A stretch of DNA of 64,000 nucleotides, from contig DASRZZ010000077.1 of assembly GCA_035685925.1 (NCBI GenBank), forward strand, positions 12,061 through 76,060. The letters are read 5' to 3'. Source of the stretch: Syntrophales bacterium (GTDB lineage Bacteria; Desulfobacterota; Syntrophia; Syntrophales; UBA2185). The position numbers and the translations under genes were made by a program. The notes under the pieces were generated by a model that saw nothing but the letters and a program-made list of their open reading frames with translations, was not told the DNA's origin and ran no database searches. Positions 60,237-64,000 of this stretch are shown here, piece after piece (positions within the stretch are counted from its first letter, which is position 1; each line of letters begins with the position of its first letter).

Positions 60237-60707
60237 TCATGGACTGCTTTCCAGTTCGTCAAGTTTCTTCTGCTTTTCTTCAATTACTTTTAGTTGTTCG
60301 TCTACCAGCGTGCGCCAGTGGTATCTCTGCGAATAACCGGAAGCCTGGTTCATATTGGACCTGTAGTTTTGTTCGTCCATTTTTGCCTTCTCCAATTCTT
60401 CTCTGGCGACTCTGATATTCTCTTCCCTTTCTTTCCTTTTTTTCTCGGCCTCGCGATAATCCTGCGATTTTTCATTGGCTTCTTTGTCCGCGGCCGCTTT
60501 TTGCGCTTCTGTCGGTTCAGGTAACGATTCTAATTTCCTGGCATTGACTCCGGGCGGTGGGCTATCGGTAATGATGATAGAGCCGTCTTTGTCGGTGTAC
60601 TCGTAAAGTGTTTGCCCCTGAGCTTCGCCTGCGGCTGCAATCCATATAAAGACTACCAGTATTAAGGATGCCGCCGGTATCAATCCGCGCAATTTATAAG
60701 CAGCCAT
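60237..60707 (-). CDS. DUF4124-type exported protein
   Basis: Signal peptide, YEYTDKDGSIIITDSPP, coiled coil. Confidence 0.8.
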   Translation of the reverse strand: MAAYKLRGLIPAASLILVVFIWIAAAGEAQGQTLYEYTDKDGSIIITDSPPPGVNARKLESLPEPTEAQKAAADKEANEKSQDYREAEKKRKEREENIRVAREELEKAKMDEQNYRSNMNQASGYSQRYHWRTLVDEQLKVIEEKQKKLDELESSP

Positions 60708-60840
60708 CCTTCGACCTCCTGAGTTTGCTAATCTTTACCATAAAAAATATTCCAAATTATCGGTGATGTCAATCGTATTCATAAATATCGCCCATATGCA
60801 ACACTTGCTGACTCGTCCTCCTCGCCTGGGATGAAGATCA

Positions 60841-62061
60841 CTATGCCATTGTAGAAATCAATGAGGCGTAGTTTACGGCGCTTTCCGTCTCGTGTTCGTG
60901 GTACGTATCAAAGCAAAGGACTTCTGCGCGGTTTTCTGCAAGCAGGCTGGCGAAAAGTAGGATGGCAGGGAGACCGCAAACATGATATCTGTCCTTGGTC
61001 TCAAGGGCTGCCCGGAAAATTTTATCCGGCTCTCCCCGGCTAAGGAAAGAAAGCATTTTCTTATCATGGGCTATGGCCTGGGGAAGAACGGCATCCGCAG
61101 GCACCTGATCGCCGAATTTCCGTCCCACGTGTGAAAGGTCGACGCCCGCCACAAGCAGCATGCGCCCCTTTCCGCTCACCAGTAGCTCTTTCATTACGGA
61201 CACCATTCCCCGGAACCTCTCATCGGTCAGTATATCCGTGCCATGCTGGATGAACTCGTGGACGCCCCCGCACAGAATGGGCACGATGGTAAAGGGGCCC
61301 GCGAGATAGTGGTGCAAGAAGACCGTTTGAAACTCAACGGAATGTTCTGTCATGTGGCCGAAATCATCCGGTGCGAATGTTCCTTCAGGAACCCTCTCCT
61401 TTAATTTTACGATAAAGTTTTTGTCGGATTTGATTTCACCGAAAGGAGTCAAAAAAGTTTTTTCGGAGATGCAATAAAGCCCGTCCTGCACGTGATGGTT
61501 GATCCCCAAGATTACCACGGTATCGTAGTTTCTCCCCTTTAAAGAGCGGTAAGTATTTACATAGATGTCTCTGCCTATATTGATGTCAATATGTGGAGCG
61601 AGGATACCTGTAATATTCTCCGGGATACTCTTCACATATTCCTGGCCGGCATTATTTTCCATATTCTCTATAAACTTAGTGAGCTGATCCGGTTCTGACG
61701 CATAGGATTTTCCCGCATGGACGGGCATCCTTGTCTGCCGTTTGCTGAATTCGCTGCGGAGGCCACACATCTTCTGGTCGAAGGATGGACTTTCTAAGAG
61801 ACATTCCCTGTCGAGGGACTCAATAAAAGATTCTATCTGTGAGACATAAACTATGCGACCGCCGTGCCTTCTCATAAGCATGGCCTGAATGTCCCTCAGG
61901 TCATGAAATCCATCGAGTAGCTGCAGAATGGGAAGTGTGTTGATATCAAGGGCAATACCATCACCGGTCAAGCGGTAGGGATCATGAAAGGCGATCATGC
62001 GCTTGCCTTTAATGATTGTGGTAATGAGTTGTATGTCCCTTCTTAAAACGGGTTTATCCAT
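60841..62061 (-). CDS. MEMO1-family protein (AmmeMemoRadiSam system protein B) with N-terminal extension
   Basis: HAGKSY, APHID, LGINH, TPFG, EHSVE, VDLSHVG, VCG. Confidence 0.85.
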   Translation of the reverse strand: MDKPVLRRDIQLITTIIKGKRMIAFHDPYRLTGDGIALDINTLPILQLLDGFHDLRDIQAMLMRRHGGRIVYVSQIESFIESLDRECLLESPSFDQKMCGLRSEFSKRQTRMPVHAGKSYASEPDQLTKFIENMENNAGQEYVKSIPENITGILAPHIDINIGRDIYVNTYRSLKGRNYDTVVILGINHHVQDGLYCISEKTFLTPFGEIKSDKNFIVKLKERVPEGTFAPDDFGHMTEHSVEFQTVFLHHYLAGPFTIVPILCGGVHEFIQHGTDILTDERFRGMVSVMKELLVSGKGRMLLVAGVDLSHVGRKFGDQVPADAVLPQAIAHDKKMLSFLSRGEPDKIFRAALETKDRYHVCGLPAILLFASLLAENRAEVLCFDTYHEHETESAVNYASLISTMA

Positions 62062-62446
62062 ATGTCCATAGTTGAATAATTTATAAGCTCAGGGTTAGCT
62101 CTGAAAGAATATTCTCGCGCCTCCTCTCTTTGAGTATGCAAACACCTTCTGTTATAGGCCTCAACGCCGTCCGTAATCATTGCACTATTGCTCATATCAG
62201 CATTCTCGCCATTGCATTGACCGCAGTCAAAACTGATCAATGTGATAAAATCCGATTCGTTAAAACCCTCTTTCCAAACCTCTAATTTTGTGAAGCCCTA
62301 TAAAATATAAGTCTAAATTGTCGCGTCAAGAATCTCTGATAAAAGATGTAGTGCGTACCTTCAGGTGCGCTGCATTGGCAGGATCAAATTCCTGCTGACT
62401 CTCAAAATATACGGAAAATTGTATTGTCTCTCCAAGTATAAATGTT

Positions 62447-63406
62447 TCAGGACGAAAACGTCAGTGCTGTTCCTGCCATGTTCAGGATGAATTGCTCCGG
62501 CATTGCCTTCTCAATTTCCATAATCGATTTCCTTCCCGTACAATGCGTAGGCACGACATAGGTAGGGTTTATTTTTTTTAGCTCCTCGATCGTCTTTCCC
62601 ACGATGGGCTCGAAGGCCGGGCCGGCAAGGTGAAACCCGCCCATGATGACATGGACGGGATTAATGCCCGTTACAGTCCTCGCATAGTTGACTGTATTGA
62701 CGACGCCGGAGTGCGCACATCCCGTAATAACAACCAAACCTTTTCCCTTAAGATTCATGGCGATGCCCGTATCTTCCTCGATGGCATCCCGGGTCTCGAC
62801 GCCCTTATCCATGAAGAAGGCATTGGGCATCCCCTTCTCAAACCCGGTCTTGCGAGGAATCTCGCCGAGATACAGGACGGATCCATCCAGGAGCAGTAAT
62901 GGTTCCGTTGACTCCCTTAACCGGACACCGGTTTTTTCTATTTTATTTCTTGTCCATTTGGGAAACCGGGTCTTGAAGTCACGGCCAAACTTTAGGTACC
63001 GTTCCTGTTTAAAAGCCGCGGGATGGAGAAACAATTCGAGTCCGTGTCGGCCGATCATCTTGACTAATTTGTTAAAGCCTCCGAAATGGTCGCTATGGCC
63101 GTGAGAGAGGACCATCACTTCAACCTTGCCCATATCAACGCCCACTGCCTTGGCATTTGCGGCTGCACCGTCCCTGGAAAATCCGAAATCAAACAGTAGC
63201 GTTCTGGTTCGACCGGCCGTTGTAGTTGTTACTACGGCAGAAAAGCCATGTTCCGCCCGTATGGAAATCTTCATCTCCCCATGCATGAGATAGCGGGCTC
63301 GCGAAATGATCGCACTATTGTCGGTCGCTGTGATCTCGATGAAATTATCCTGAAGCGTCAGGATCTCGACTCTTTCCACTTCTTTGAGGATTGATGTTTC
63401 TTTCAT
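62447..63406 (-). CDS. MBL-fold metallohydrolase (COG1237-like)
   Basis: AEHGFS, LFDFG, LSHGHSDH, GCAHSG, GGFHL, PTHCTG. Confidence 0.88.
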   Translation of the reverse strand: MKETSILKEVERVEILTLQDNFIEITATDNSAIISRARYLMHGEMKISIRAEHGFSAVVTTTTAGRTRTLLFDFGFSRDGAAANAKAVGVDMGKVEVMVLSHGHSDHFGGFNKLVKMIGRHGLELFLHPAAFKQERYLKFGRDFKTRFPKWTRNKIEKTGVRLRESTEPLLLLDGSVLYLGEIPRKTGFEKGMPNAFFMDKGVETRDAIEEDTGIAMNLKGKGLVVITGCAHSGVVNTVNYARTVTGINPVHVIMGGFHLAGPAFEPIVGKTIEELKKINPTYVVPTHCTGRKSIMEIEKAMPEQFILNMAGTALTFSS

Positions 63407-63443
63407 TATTCTATCTGATCCTTGCCCGCCTTCAGTCTTCCAT

Positions 63444-64000
63444 TTAGCCTTTCAGGATGCGCGCTCCTATTCTCATCCTGTCGAAGCAGTATGTCTCAAG
63501 TCCGGGAACGATCATGCGGACAGTTGGAATGCCCGTGTCCGGTCTTGTCAGATTTACTGCTATCACCCGTGCCAAACCCCGTGCCTGCAGCTTCCCGATT
63601 ATGGTCCTGACATCCTGGAGGATATCATTACCGTAACTCGCTTCAATATCCCGAAGGCCCTTCTTGTTATATGCATAAATGCGTGGATCACCGGCACTTT
63701 CCTGCTCACCAAGATAGGCCGTTACGGGTTCGCACATTCCTTCGATTCCAAACTTCTGAATGAACAGAGCTCTGGTCGTCACAATCTCGAGAAGGGACCG
63801 AATCATAGCGACACGGGGGTCGAGATGGGCGCCAAAACCGTCTACAGGTTTCATGGTGGGATAAACCATGTCGCGGGAAAAGGCGGCAATCACGGGAACC
63901 CCGATATCTGAAGTAATGTCTTTGGCGACAACCTCTATATTGGCGTCTTCGAATTTGCTAAAAATATTGACAATGAACTGGTTGGCGGGTTCATCCTCGA
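63444..64000 (-). CDS. YcaO-family protein, 5' end beyond the window edge
   Basis: Open frame from the edge: KDITSDIGVPV...GFGAHLDPRVAMIRSLLE...VRMIVPGLE. Confidence 0.8.
   Translation of the reverse strand, partial: EDEPANQFIVNIFSKFEDANIEVVAKDITSDIGVPVIAAFSRDMVYPTMKPVDGFGAHLDPRVAMIRSLLEIVTTRALFIQKFGIEGMCEPVTAYLGEQESAGDPRIYAYNKKGLRDIEASYGNDILQDVRTIIGKLQARGLARVIAVNLTRPDTGIPTVRMIVPGLETYCFDRMRIGARILKG

Noticed and set aside
62043-62240. 65-aa ORF between the MBL and MEMO1 genes as a possible YcaO precursor peptide
   Set aside because: TTG start without an RBS, overlaps the MEMO1 start, and has no precursor-like features.
1-64000. CRISPR arrays, rRNA, tRNA, prophage or defence genes
   Set aside because: No regularly spaced direct repeats or corresponding signatures were seen by eye.

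Overview
64-kb chromosomal window from an anaerobic Gram-negative bacterium. The gene content and style suggest Desulfobacterota, possibly Syntrophales (inference). 1-19.9 kb (minus strand): ruvX-mltG, then the mraZ-ftsZ division/cell-wall cluster without ddl, then a truncated radical SAM gene. 20-29.3 kb: a small lipoprotein, selB, a YhaM-like nuclease, a CDF transporter, a baeRF-type protein and epmB-efp-epmA. 29.5-38.7 kb: tolQRAB-cpoB, where pal survives only as a 120-bp deleted and frameshifted relic, and a convergent ctpA-deacetylase-TPR-LolB-like operon. 39-46.7 kb: signalling genes (HD-GYP response regulator, sensor-less kinase-like protein, 4xPAS-LuxR regulator) and an inactivated IS1595-family element. 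47-60.2 kb, the most interesting block: an uncharacterised Trp/Pro-rich permease, a two-subunit family I CoA-transferase, two acyl-CoA dehydrogenases (one starting at ACG), thiolase, Hbd, crotonase, and a split B12 mutase with isobutyryl-CoA-mutase-type Phe/Gln residues plus MeaB. This is a self-contained module for rearranging branched and linear short-chain acyl-CoAs. The window ends with DUF4124, MEMO1, MBL-fold and truncated YcaO genes. No rRNA, tRNA or CRISPR array was seen.
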